A DNA stretch of 56,651 nucleotides from positions 1 through 56,651 of the forward strand of contig JALXBI010000064.1 of the NCBI GenBank assembly GCA_026991555.1. Reading direction: 5' to 3'. The translations under genes were made by a program, and so were the position numbers. This DNA comes from Candidatus Aminicenantes bacterium. Lineage in GTDB: Bacteria > Acidobacteriota > Aminicenantia > S016-38. The notes under the pieces were generated by a model. It was not told the DNA's origin, searched no databases, and saw only the letters and a list, made by a program, of their open reading frames with translations. Positions within the stretch are counted from its first letter, which is position 1. Each line of letters opens with the position of its first letter. Shown here piece by piece: positions 38,058 to 46,516 of this stretch.

Positions 38058-38856
38058 AATAGGAAATATTGAGATTCCGTCGGAACCCTTCTTTTTAATA
38101 GCCGGTCCCTGTGTGCTGGAATCCTTAGAAATAGCCTTAGAAATAGCCGATAAAATGAAGGAAATTACCGCAAAACTGGGCATCCCCTATATATTCAAGG
38201 CCTCCTTTGATAAGGCGAATAGAACCTCTATAAAATCCTTCCGGGGGCCAGGTTTGGATAAGGGGCTTGAAATGCTGCGGAAAATAAAAGGGGAGACAGG
38301 CCTGCCTGTAACCACGGATTTCCACGAGCCCTGGCAGGCGGAAAAGGTAGGAGAGGCAGTGGATCTGCTCCAGGTTCCAGCCTTTCTTTCCCGCCAGACA
38401 GACATGCTCTTAGCAGCAGGAAAAACGGGAAAACCTGTAAGCATAAAGAAGGGTCAGTTCCTGGCTCCCTGGGACATGAAAAAGGCTGCCGAAAAGGTAG
38501 AAAGCACGGGAAACAGAAAGATAATCCTTATTGAAAGAGGCACCTTTTTCGGATACGGGAACCTCGTTGTTGATTTTCGCTCCATCCCCATAATGAAGGA
38601 GTTTGGATATCCCGTGGTTATGGATGCCACCCACTCCGTTCAGAAACCGTCAGCCCGGGGTGACTCCTCCGGGGGAGAAGCCCGGTTCATAGAAACCATG
38701 GCCTCGGCCGCCATAGCTGTTGGAGCCGACGGAATTTTCATGGAAGTGCACCCAAGACCCGAAGAGGCCCTCTCGGATGGGCCCAATTCCCTCCCCCTTT
38801 CAAAGGTGGAAGCTCTGCTAAAAAGGCTTTTAAGGCTGTGGGAGGCAAGGAAATGA
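38047..38856 (+). CDS. kdsA: KDO8P synthase
   Basis: [43 protein letters not shown]. Confidence 0.96.
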   Translation: MKFKIGNIEIPSEPFFLIAGPCVLESLEIALEIADKMKEITAKLGIPYIFKASFDKANRTSIKSFRGPGLDKGLEMLRKIKGETGLPVTTDFHEPWQAEKVGEAVDLLQVPAFLSRQTDMLLAAGKTGKPVSIKKGQFLAPWDMKKAAEKVESTGNRKIILIERGTFFGYGNLVVDFRSIPIMKEFGYPVVMDATHSVQKPSARGDSSGGEARFIETMASAAIAVGADGIFMEVHPRPEEALSDGPNSLPLSKVEALLKRLLRLWEARK

Positions 38857-39812
38857 ACCTTCTGGAAGAAGGGAAAAAGGTGCTTTCCATTGAGGAGGAA
38901 GCCCTGAGAAAGGTCCGGGAGAATTTAGGGGAGGAGTTCTGCAGGGCGGTGGAGGAAATATTTCATTGTAAGGGAAAGATAGTTCTTACGGGGATAGGGA
39001 AATCCGGTCTTGTAGCCAGGAAAATTTCTGCAACCCTTTCCTCCACGGGAACCCCTTCCATATTTATACATGCTGCGGAAGCCGTCCACGGGGATCTTGG
39101 AACCCTTTCACCCCAGGATATAATCTTAGCGGTTTCATACAGTGGGGAAAGCGAGGAGATAAAAAGACTGGTTTACTTCGTAAAAAGGCTCGGGTTTAAG
39201 CTCATTTCCATAACCGGAAACCCCAGCTCCACCTTAGGGAAAAACTCCGATATAGTAATTAACGGACAGGTCCCCAGGGAAGCTGCCCCCTTCGGAATGG
39301 TTCCCACCTCATCCACCACCGCAGCCATGGCCTTAGGTGATGCGTTGGCTGTAGCCCTGATGATAAAGAGGGGGTTCGGGAAAGAGGACTTTGCCAGATT
39401 TCACCCAGGAGGTGCTTTAGGGAAAAAACTCCTTCGGGTTGCAGATCTCATGCATACAGGAGAGGAGCTCCCTGTGGTCTATGAGGAGACCCCTCTGGAG
39501 GAAGTGGTGGAGGAAATGAGTCGTAAGGGTTTCGGAACCACCGCGGTGGTTTCTCCCTCCGGGAAATTGGTGGGAATCATAACCGACGGGGACCTTAGAA
39601 GGGCCCTTCTCAGGGACGGCAACATAATGAAAAAGAGGGCCAAGGATATAATGACCAGGGACCCCATAACCATATCCCGGGAAGAACTGGCCACCCGGGC
39701 CCTTAAAATAATGGAGGAGAGGAAAATAACCTGTCTTCTGGTGCCGGACAGGGAAGGCAGGTTAGAGGGTCTCCTGCACCTTCATGACCTGTGGAGAACG
39801 GAGCTTTTCTGA
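38853..39812 (+). CDS. kdsD: Arabinose-5-phosphate isomerase (SIS + 2 CBS)
   Basis: Start ATG 38853 (ATGA overlap with kdsA). GIGKSG, EAVHGDLG, PTSSTT, FHPGGALG, CBS pair. Confidence 0.93.
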   Translation: MNLLEEGKKVLSIEEEALRKVRENLGEEFCRAVEEIFHCKGKIVLTGIGKSGLVARKISATLSSTGTPSIFIHAAEAVHGDLGTLSPQDIILAVSYSGESEEIKRLVYFVKRLGFKLISITGNPSSTLGKNSDIVINGQVPREAAPFGMVPTSSTTAAMALGDALAVALMIKRGFGKEDFARFHPGGALGKKLLRVADLMHTGEELPVVYEETPLEEVVEEMSRKGFGTTAVVSPSGKLVGIITDGDLRRALLRDGNIMKKRAKDIMTRDPITISREELATRALKIMEERKITCLLVPDREGRLEGLLHLHDLWRTELF

Positions 39813-40288
39813 TGGGTATAAAGCTTATAGCAGTGGATGTGGACGGGACTTTAACAGACGGGAAACTTTATTTCTTTGAGGGCCAGGGCGAACCTGCCAA
39901 GGCCTTCAATGTTAAGGACGGAATGGCGGTCTATCTGGCCAGAAAGGCCGGAATAATCATAGCTATAATTTCTGGTCTTGAATCCAAGGCAGCAGAGGAA
40001 AGGGCAAGGAAGCTGGGAATCGCCGACGCTTTCTTCGGAGTAAGGGATAAAGCGGAGGTCATGAGAAAAATAATGGAAAAATACGGGCTGGAAAAGGGGG
40101 AGGCCATTTTCCTCGGAGATGACATCCAGGACATTCCGGCCATGGAGGAGGCGGGAATTGGGGCCGCGGTGGCCGATGCCGTGGAGGAAGTAAAAGAAAG
40201 GGCGAAGATTTTGCTTAAAAGCAGGGGAGGGGAGGGAGCTCTTAGGGAATTAGTGGAAAGGGTCCTGAAAAATGAATGTTTCACGTGA
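39812..40288 (+). CDS. kdsC: KDO8P phosphatase (HAD family)
   Basis: Start ATG 39812 (TGATG overlap). DVDGTLTDG, FNVKDG, GDD..D, GGEGALRE. Confidence 0.93.
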   Translation: MGIKLIAVDVDGTLTDGKLYFFEGQGEPAKAFNVKDGMAVYLARKAGIIIAIISGLESKAAEERARKLGIADAFFGVRDKAEVMRKIMEKYGLEKGEAIFLGDDIQDIPAMEEAGIGAAVADAVEEVKERAKILLKSRGGEGALRELVERVLKNECFT

Positions 40289-41027
40289 AACACCTCCGGA
40301 TACCAGGTATGTTTTAAAGAAAAGGGCTTCTGCCCTGGAAAAATACAGGAAGCTTGCCCCTGGAGAGGTAGGTTTTTTCAGGTTCCTCTATTACGAAATA
40401 GTGGTTACCCTGTTCACCAATATTCCCGGGGCCCTGGGATATTTTCTGAGAAGGGTTTTCTTTCCTCCCCTTTTTAAAACTTGCGGGAAGGGGGTGGTTT
40501 TTGGCAGGGGCATAACCATAAGAAACCCCAGAAACATCGAAATCGGTAATGAGGTGGTCTTTGACGAAAATGTCCTTCTGGACGGCAAAGGGGGAAGATT
40601 AAGGATAGGGGATAGGTGCATAATTGCCAGAAATACCACCCTTTCCTGTAAATACGGGGATATTTTCTTGAACGAAGAGGTTAACCTCTCCAATAATGTC
40701 ACCGTTTATTCCAACCACCGGGTGGAAATTGGTCCCAAGACCTTCGTGGCCGGTCACTGTTATATAGTTGCAGGAGGGGAGCATTATTTCGAAGACACCA
40801 CAAAGCCCATAGTGGAACAGGGTATAAAGAAGGGAAAGGGGGTTAAAATCGGAGGGGACTGCTGGCTTGGAGCTTCTGTGGTGGTTCTTGACGGGACCCG
40901 ATTGGGTTACGGGTGCGTGGTAGGGGCAGGCTCCCTCCTCAGGGGGGAATACGAGGATTTTAGTATAATAGTGGGTAGTCCGGGAAAGACTATAAGAAAA
41001 AGGGGTGAAAAATGGAAAAAAGATTAG
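40272..41027 (+). CDS. Hexapeptide-repeat (LbH) acyltransferase
   Basis: Left-handed beta-helix repeats (IEIGNEV, LRIGDRC, VKIGGDCWLG, VVGAGS, GSPGK). Confidence 0.88.
   Translation: MNVSRETPPDTRYVLKKRASALEKYRKLAPGEVGFFRFLYYEIVVTLFTNIPGALGYFLRRVFFPPLFKTCGKGVVFGRGITIRNPRNIEIGNEVVFDENVLLDGKGGRLRIGDRCIIARNTTLSCKYGDIFLNEEVNLSNNVTVYSNHRVEIGPKTFVAGHCYIVAGGEHYFEDTTKPIVEQGIKKGKGVKIGGDCWLGASVVVLDGTRLGYGCVVGAGSLLRGEYEDFSIIVGSPGKTIRKRGEKWKKD
40277..40292. promoter_or_regulatory. parS site, perfect consensus palindrome TGTTTCACGTGAAACA
   Basis: 16/16 match to the canonical parS; about 5 kb from parB and 6 kb from the putative oriC. Confidence 0.93.
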
Positions 41028-41524
41028 AAATGGCGGTTTCGCTACCAGGCACCAGGATTATCGGGGGATTATTGCTTCTTATTTTCTCTTCCCGTCTGGC
41101 CTTTCCCCTGCCCTTCTCTCCGGTCCCTGTTACCGCCCAGACCTTTGCCGTGCTTTTCCTGGGTATCTTCTTAGGAAAGGAGTTGGCCGCCGAGACCGTG
41201 CTCCTATATTTGTTCATGGGAAGCGCAGGGTTTCCCTTCTTCGCTGCAGCTGGCCCCTTCTTTATGGGCCCCACCGCTGGTTATCTCCTTGCCTTTCCCT
41301 TCTCCGCATATCTGGCAGGATACTTCCACGAAAAGGGCAAACTCCGCTCTTTTCCTTCCAGAATTTTCCTTCTCTCCATCTCCTCCCTTCCCATTTATGT
41401 TGGGGGACTCTCCTGGCTATCGCTCTTTGTGGGCTGGAAATCCGCCCTGGAGCTGGGATTTCTTCCCTTTATTCCCGGAGATCTGGTGAAAATTCTCGTT
41501 CTCTCCGCCATAATGGGTTTATAA
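41012..41524 (+). CDS. bioY: Biotin ECF transporter S-component
   Basis: PFSPVPVTAQT, GFPFFA, GPTAGYL, PFIPGDLVK. Confidence 0.92.
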   Translation: MEKRLEMAVSLPGTRIIGGLLLLIFSSRLAFPLPFSPVPVTAQTFAVLFLGIFLGKELAAETVLLYLFMGSAGFPFFAAAGPFFMGPTAGYLLAFPFSAYLAGYFHEKGKLRSFPSRIFLLSISSLPIYVGGLSWLSLFVGWKSALELGFLPFIPGDLVKILVLSAIMGL

Positions 41525-41525
41525 T
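41520..41525 (+). promoter_or_regulatory. TATAAT box 6 nt before ATG 41532, containing the bioY stop codon
   Basis: ...ggttTATAATttttccATG; TAA at 41522-41524; no SD. Confidence 0.65.
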
Positions 41526-41531
41526 TTTTCC

Positions 41532-41849
41532 ATGAGGAAATTTCTCCTTTTAGCCCTCCTCTTTCTCGCCGCCTGCTCCCCGGATTTTTACCGTTACAAC
41601 ATTGACCTGGGTATTAAGGCTGCGAAATTAAAGCTCTGGAAGGAAGCTTTATACAGGTTCAAAAGGGCCGCAGAACTTAAACCCACCGCAGAGGCCTACA
41701 ATAACTTAGCCGTGGCCTACGAGGCCTTAGGGGATTTTAAAAAGGCGGAAGAATGTTATAAAAAGGCCCTGAAGCTTGAGCCGAATAATTCCAAAATTCG
41801 AGCTAATTACGCTATATTTCTTGAACTGAAAAAGAGAAGGAAAAAATGA
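41532..41849 (+). CDS. Small TPR lipoprotein
   Basis: Lipobox LAAC; TPRs (AEAYNNLAVAYEALGDFKKAEECYKKAL). Confidence 0.8.
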   Translation: MRKFLLLALLFLAACSPDFYRYNIDLGIKAAKLKLWKEALYRFKRAAELKPTAEAYNNLAVAYEALGDFKKAEECYKKALKLEPNNSKIRANYAIFLELKKRRKK

Positions 41850-42394
41850 GAAAAACATTTTTGCTCCTTCTGCTAATTTTAGGGTTTTCCTCTTGCACCA
41901 ATTACTACAGAATCCGCGTGGATGTGGAAAGGCCCCCTGCCCTTGGGGTGAAAATAGGGGAGTTGCACCTAAAAGTGGAAGAAACTTCCCTTCAAAACGA
42001 CTTCGTGGAAATAAAAAATGTCCGGGAAGAAGTTGAGAAATTCCTGAGAAACGAGCTGGAAACCACCGGAAACATCAAGGTGGCCAGCGGGGAGGGAAGT
42101 CCCCTGCTGAAGGTGGTATACGAGGCCTCCCTTAAAAGGGCTTATACCTACTATTCCCCCCCGGAACAAACCGTTGCTCCACCCACCCTGGTTCCCGTGA
42201 AAATAATCCACATGAAGATGTGCTTTACCATAAAGGAATATAATTACCACAAATGCATTGAGGAGCGGATGAAGTTCCGCGAATATGAATCCTCCATATT
42301 TGCCCTTTATTCCGTGCTTCAAAGAATGACATCCAGTTTGCTCTCCGATATTTCCTACCAGAAAAAGGAAATAATGCATTATCTTCTGAGGTGA
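41846..42394 (+). CDS. Hypothetical lipoprotein
   Basis: Lipobox FSSC after a basic/hydrophobic signal; overlaps the upstream gene (ATGA). Confidence 0.7.
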   Translation: MRKTFLLLLLILGFSSCTNYYRIRVDVERPPALGVKIGELHLKVEETSLQNDFVEIKNVREEVEKFLRNELETTGNIKVASGEGSPLLKVVYEASLKRAYTYYSPPEQTVAPPTLVPVKIIHMKMCFTIKEYNYHKCIEERMKFREYESSIFALYSVLQRMTSSLLSDISYQKKEIMHYLLR

Positions 42395-42397
42395 AAA

Positions 42398-45184
42398 ATG
42401 AGGAAATTCATAATTCTTTTCTTTTCCTCGTTGCTTTTAGGACAATTGATCCCCTATTACGGAAAAAACAAGGTTATATACAACGATTTCCGCTGGAAGG
42501 AATACGACACCCAGCACTTTCGCTTTCTTTTTTACAATCAGGGAAGGCTCCGGGAAATAATAACCTATGCCAGGGAAAGTTATGCCCGTCTTTCTTCCCT
42601 CACTGGAGTTGAAATAAAGGAAAAAATACCCATAATCTTTTACAGAAACCATTTTGATTTTGAACAAACCAACCTCTACGGTGGTCTGGTTCCGGAGGAG
42701 GTCCTTGGCTTTTCAGAGCCCTTTAGAAGGAGGGTGGTGATACCCGCAGATCTACCTCCCTTTTATCTCAAGCGATTGATAAACCATGAGCTGACCCACG
42801 CTTTTGAATTTTATATTCTTTATGAAGGACTCTCCCCTTCGGCGGTTTTCAGAATAAAAGTTCCCCTCTGGATGATGGAGGGCTTTGCTGAATACGCCAC
42901 CGGGGACTGGGAGCCCTTCCCCCTGGTTACCCTGGTGGATGCTGTGGAAACCGACTCAGTTCCGGAGATAACCCGTTCCGGGGACCTGGCAGGAGGTGTG
43001 GGACGGGTTCCTTACGACTTCGGACACGCCCTCTTTGACTTTATAGAAAAGGAATACGGGCTTACAGGTATACGAAAGCTCTGGTGGGAGATGAAGAAAT
43101 TCAGGGTTATAAGATACTCAAACCCCATCAAAAAAACCTTCCACATAGAAAGGGAGGAATTTAACAACAGGTTCAAAGTTTACCTGAGGAAAAGGTTCAG
43201 GAAAAGGCTCCTCAAATATCTCCCTGAAGATTACGGGCCCGCGGTTTCCCCGAGATTTCCCTTCTCCCAGGTTTTTTCCTTCCAGATTTCCCCCAGCGGG
43301 GAAGTGGCGGCAGTTCTTACCATAAATTACTCCCAGGCTGACTACGACATTGTGCTGATTTCCCTGAAGGACGGAAGGAAACTTAAAAATCTAACCAACG
43401 GGATAACCCTTAAATATCAAAAAATAAAATTTGGCTACGACCCTTCCTCCGGAAGGGGAATAGCCTGGGATAAAGCCGGGGAAAGAATAGCCTTTTTTGG
43501 CAAAAGAACCAAGTATTACCGATTGTTTATCATAGATTCCTTCAAGGGAAAGATACTCCGGGAATACCGCTTAAAGGAGATATACAATCCCACTTCCCCA
43601 GTTTTCACCCCTGATGGAAAAAAAGTGGTTTTCGTGGGGTTCAGGGGCACCTCTTCTGGAATCTTCGTTATTGACCTTAACACCGGTAAAATAAAGGAAA
43701 TTTCCCCGGGGAAAATGTATATAAAGGAAGTAGCCCTTTCTCCTTCGGGAAGAAAAATTGTCTTTACCGCCTCACAGGGAAAATACATTAACCTGTTTGT
43801 CGCGGATTTTCCCTCCATGGACAGGATAAGAAGACTGACCTATTCCAGGGCCCAGGATATAAATCCGCAGTTTTACGGAGAAGACCAAATTCTATTTTCC
43901 TCCAACAGGGACGGGGGTTTTGATATATACTCCATAAATTTGCGAAATCTTAATCTTAAAAAATACACCGATGTCTCCACCGGATGTTTCTTCCCGGTTA
44001 TTAAAGGAGGAAAACTTTTCTTTACTGGATTCCACAGAATGGGTTTTAAAATATATCGGGCAGAGCCGAAGGTTATAGGAACCTACAGGGAAAAGGAGAA
44101 GATTTCTCCTCTATGGAACCCAAAACTCGCCAAAATAGACCCTAAAAAAATAAAAATAAAAACCGGGCTGGGAAAATTATCCCCTGATTTTCTCTCCCCT
44201 ATTTCAATAGGGTATTCCACCGACGGAAGGCTCTTCACCTCCGCATATCTTTCCTTTTCGGACCTTTTCGCTGACCATAGGCTCTTCTTCTTCGCTTCCA
44301 ACGATTATCGCTACCAATCCTACCAGCTCGGATATTTCAACCAGAAAAGAAGGCTCTGGTGGGGCATAAGTGCCTACCAATTCAAGCTTTATTACTTCTA
44401 CGGAATCTTCGCAGTTTATCCTTCAATAGTTCTGAGAAGGTATACTGGAATTTCCGCCTATGCCTATTACCCCTTGGACCTCTACCACAGAATAGAGTTC
44501 GGAGGTGGTGGGGAGGAGATAAAGGAAAATGTAGGGGGATATTATTACCCCTATGCAGGCCTGTTCTACACCGGGAAATACCTCCACCTTGATTTCAATT
44601 TCGTCAGGGAAACCTCAAGGTTCAAAGGATTTGGTCCCCTGAGCGGAGATACGGTATCGCTGATGTTCACGAAAAGATTTGGCCTGGATAAAGCAGAGAT
44701 CAGCAATTTCACCATTAACCTGGATGCAAGAAAATATTTCAACCTGGGAAGGGATTTCGTCCTTGCCTTCAGGCTTAATTATTACGGAAGTTACGGGAAA
44801 ACACCCTTCTACAATTTCATTGGAGGAAACAACGAACTAAGAAGCGTGGGCTACAGGTCCATCGTTGGCACAAAAACTTTCTTCTTTAATGCTGAATTCA
44901 GGTTTCCCATTACCTACCTGACCCTGACTCCCATAGGAAACATAGGCCCCATAAGAGGGGTTCTCTTCTTTGACATAGGGGGTTTCTGGCTCCCAGGATA
45001 TAGAACCATCCTCTGGGAAGGTAATTTTCCTTCAATAACCCTTAAAGATGCCATAGCCTCTTATGGTTACGGAATTGAAGTCTTTACCTTCGGATATCCC
45101 GTTCATATAGAATATGTAATCAGAACTGATTTGCAAAGGACCATCTATACCACTTATAATTTCTGGGTAGGTTTTGATTTTTAA
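42398..45184 (+). CDS. Omp85/BamA-superfamily protein with an N-terminal gluzincin (peptidase MA-like) domain and a PD40/WD40 beta-propeller
   Basis: Signal peptide; HELTH + W..EGFAEY; SPSG/TPDG/WDK propeller repeats; barrel with loop-6-like LRSVGY, GVLFFDIG, and C-terminal FWVGFDF. Confidence 0.82.
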   Translation: MRKFIILFFSSLLLGQLIPYYGKNKVIYNDFRWKEYDTQHFRFLFYNQGRLREIITYARESYARLSSLTGVEIKEKIPIIFYRNHFDFEQTNLYGGLVPEEVLGFSEPFRRRVVIPADLPPFYLKRLINHELTHAFEFYILYEGLSPSAVFRIKVPLWMMEGFAEYATGDWEPFPLVTLVDAVETDSVPEITRSGDLAGGVGRVPYDFGHALFDFIEKEYGLTGIRKLWWEMKKFRVIRYSNPIKKTFHIEREEFNNRFKVYLRKRFRKRLLKYLPEDYGPAVSPRFPFSQVFSFQISPSGEVAAVLTINYSQADYDIVLISLKDGRKLKNLTNGITLKYQKIKFGYDPSSGRGIAWDKAGERIAFFGKRTKYYRLFIIDSFKGKILREYRLKEIYNPTSPVFTPDGKKVVFVGFRGTSSGIFVIDLNTGKIKEISPGKMYIKEVALSPSGRKIVFTASQGKYINLFVADFPSMDRIRRLTYSRAQDINPQFYGEDQILFSSNRDGGFDIYSINLRNLNLKKYTDVSTGCFFPVIKGGKLFFTGFHRMGFKIYRAEPKVIGTYREKEKISPLWNPKLAKIDPKKIKIKTGLGKLSPDFLSPISIGYSTDGRLFTSAYLSFSDLFADHRLFFFASNDYRYQSYQLGYFNQKRRLWWGISAYQFKLYYFYGIFAVYPSIVLRRYTGISAYAYYPLDLYHRIEFGGGGEEIKENVGGYYYPYAGLFYTGKYLHLDFNFVRETSRFKGFGPLSGDTVSLMFTKRFGLDKAEISNFTINLDARKYFNLGRDFVLAFRLNYYGSYGKTPFYNFIGGNNELRSVGYRSIVGTKTFFFNAEFRFPITYLTLTPIGNIGPIRGVLFFDIGGFWLPGYRTILWEGNFPSITLKDAIASYGYGIEVFTFGYPVHIEYVIRTDLQRTIYTTYNFWVGFDF
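45131..45160 (+). promoter_or_regulatory. Putative sigma70 promoter for dnaA inside the 3' end of the Omp85 gene
   Basis: TTGCAA (45131-45136) - 18 nt - TATAAT (45155-45160). Confidence 0.6.
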
Positions 45185-45205
45185 ATTTCCACATTTTGTG
45201 GATTT
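45185..45205. promoter_or_regulatory. Inverted pair of DnaA-box-like motifs upstream of dnaA
   Basis: ATTTCCACA (45185-45193) - ttt - TGTGGATTT (45197-45205, = AAATCCACA). Confidence 0.6.
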
Positions 45206-45214
45206 TATGTGAAA

Positions 45215-46516
45215 ATGAGGATTTGGGATCAGATTATAAACGAAGTAAGGGAAAGGGTGGACAGTTTCACCTTTGAAACATGGTTTGAACCCCTTGTTTA
45301 TGTAGGCAAGGTGGGTAATGTTCTCTATGTCAGGGCTCCAAGTTCCACCTTCAAAAGGATGTTCAAAGAAAATTTTCCGGAAATTTTCCCGAAAATAATA
45401 AGGGATGTCCTCGGCAAAAATTACGAAGTAAGGTTATTTCACGAAGAAGAGGAGGAAGAAGAGCGGAAAAAAAGGCAGAGGGAAAACATATCAGTAATCT
45501 TGAACCCCAAGTATACCTTTGAAAACTTTGTGGTGGCCCCTGAAAACGAATTCGCCTATTCAGCTGCCCTGGCCGTAGCGAAATCTCCCAGTAAAAGTTA
45601 TAATCCTCTCTTTATTTACGGAGGAGTTGGTTTAGGGAAAACGCATCTTTTAAACGCTATAGGACATTTCGTTTTGAAAACAAGGCCTGAGCTTATAATA
45701 ATATACAGAACCACAGAGGAATTTATGAACGAAATGGTCTCATATCTCCAGCACGATAGGATAATAGATTTTAAAGAAAAATACAGGAGCGTAGATGTTT
45801 TATTGATAGATGACATACAGTTTCTATCTGGAAAAGAGCAAACGAAGCAACAAATTTTTCACCTTTTCAACTCCCTTTATGAATCCCAGAAGCAGATTGT
45901 CCTATCCAGCGATAGGCCCCCTAAAAATATTTCCGGGCTTGAGGACAGGCTAATGTCAAGGTTTGAATGGGGTCTTATAGCCGATATACAGCCCCCAACC
46001 CTCGAGACGAGAATTGCAATCCTGAAGAAAAAGGCTGAACTGATGAATTTCGAGGTTCCCAACGATGTGGTGGAATTCATTGCCATGAAGATAAAATCAA
46101 ATGTTAGAAAACTTGAGGGAGCACTTACCAGGCTTAAAGCTCTGTCCATCCTTAAGAACGAGCCAGTCTCTATAACCTTAGCCAGGGAAGCCATGAGAAT
46201 CATAGCAGAAGTGGAAACAGACAGGGAATCAAGAATAACCCTTGATGACATTGTTGAAAGGACCGGGGAAGTTTTCGGGATTGCTCCGGAAAAAATAAAA
46301 GGAAAAAGCGGAGTAAGAAGCATTGCCCTGGCAAGGCAGGTCTCAATGTTTCTTGCTAAGAAAATTCTCGGAATGCCCCTAACGGAAATAGGAGATTATT
46401 TCGGCGGAAAACATCATACTACCGTTATACATTCCATAAAGAAAATAGAAAAACTCATTGAGAAGGACCCGGAAATAGCCAAGAAAATTGAGGAAATCGA
46501 AGTATTTTTCAGATAA
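45215..46516 (+). CDS. dnaA: Chromosomal replication initiator
   Basis: FETWFEPL, LNPKYTFENFV, YGGVGLGKTHL, LLIDDIQF, SRFEWG, NVRKLEGAL, HTTVIHS. ATG 45215 preferred over GTG 45209. Confidence 0.98.
   Translation: MRIWDQIINEVRERVDSFTFETWFEPLVYVGKVGNVLYVRAPSSTFKRMFKENFPEIFPKIIRDVLGKNYEVRLFHEEEEEEERKKRQRENISVILNPKYTFENFVVAPENEFAYSAALAVAKSPSKSYNPLFIYGGVGLGKTHLLNAIGHFVLKTRPELIIIYRTTEEFMNEMVSYLQHDRIIDFKEKYRSVDVLLIDDIQFLSGKEQTKQQIFHLFNSLYESQKQIVLSSDRPPKNISGLEDRLMSRFEWGLIADIQPPTLETRIAILKKKAELMNFEVPNDVVEFIAMKIKSNVRKLEGALTRLKALSILKNEPVSITLAREAMRIIAEVETDRESRITLDDIVERTGEVFGIAPEKIKGKSGVRSIALARQVSMFLAKKILGMPLTEIGDYFGGKHHTTVIHSIKKIEKLIEKDPEIAKKIEEIEVFFR

Noticed and set aside
45264-45279. GTTTCA-CCTT-TGAAAC inverted repeat in dnaA resembling parS
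   Set aside because: The half-sites are 2 bp too far apart for parS and the centre does not match; it encodes the conserved SFTFETW segment.
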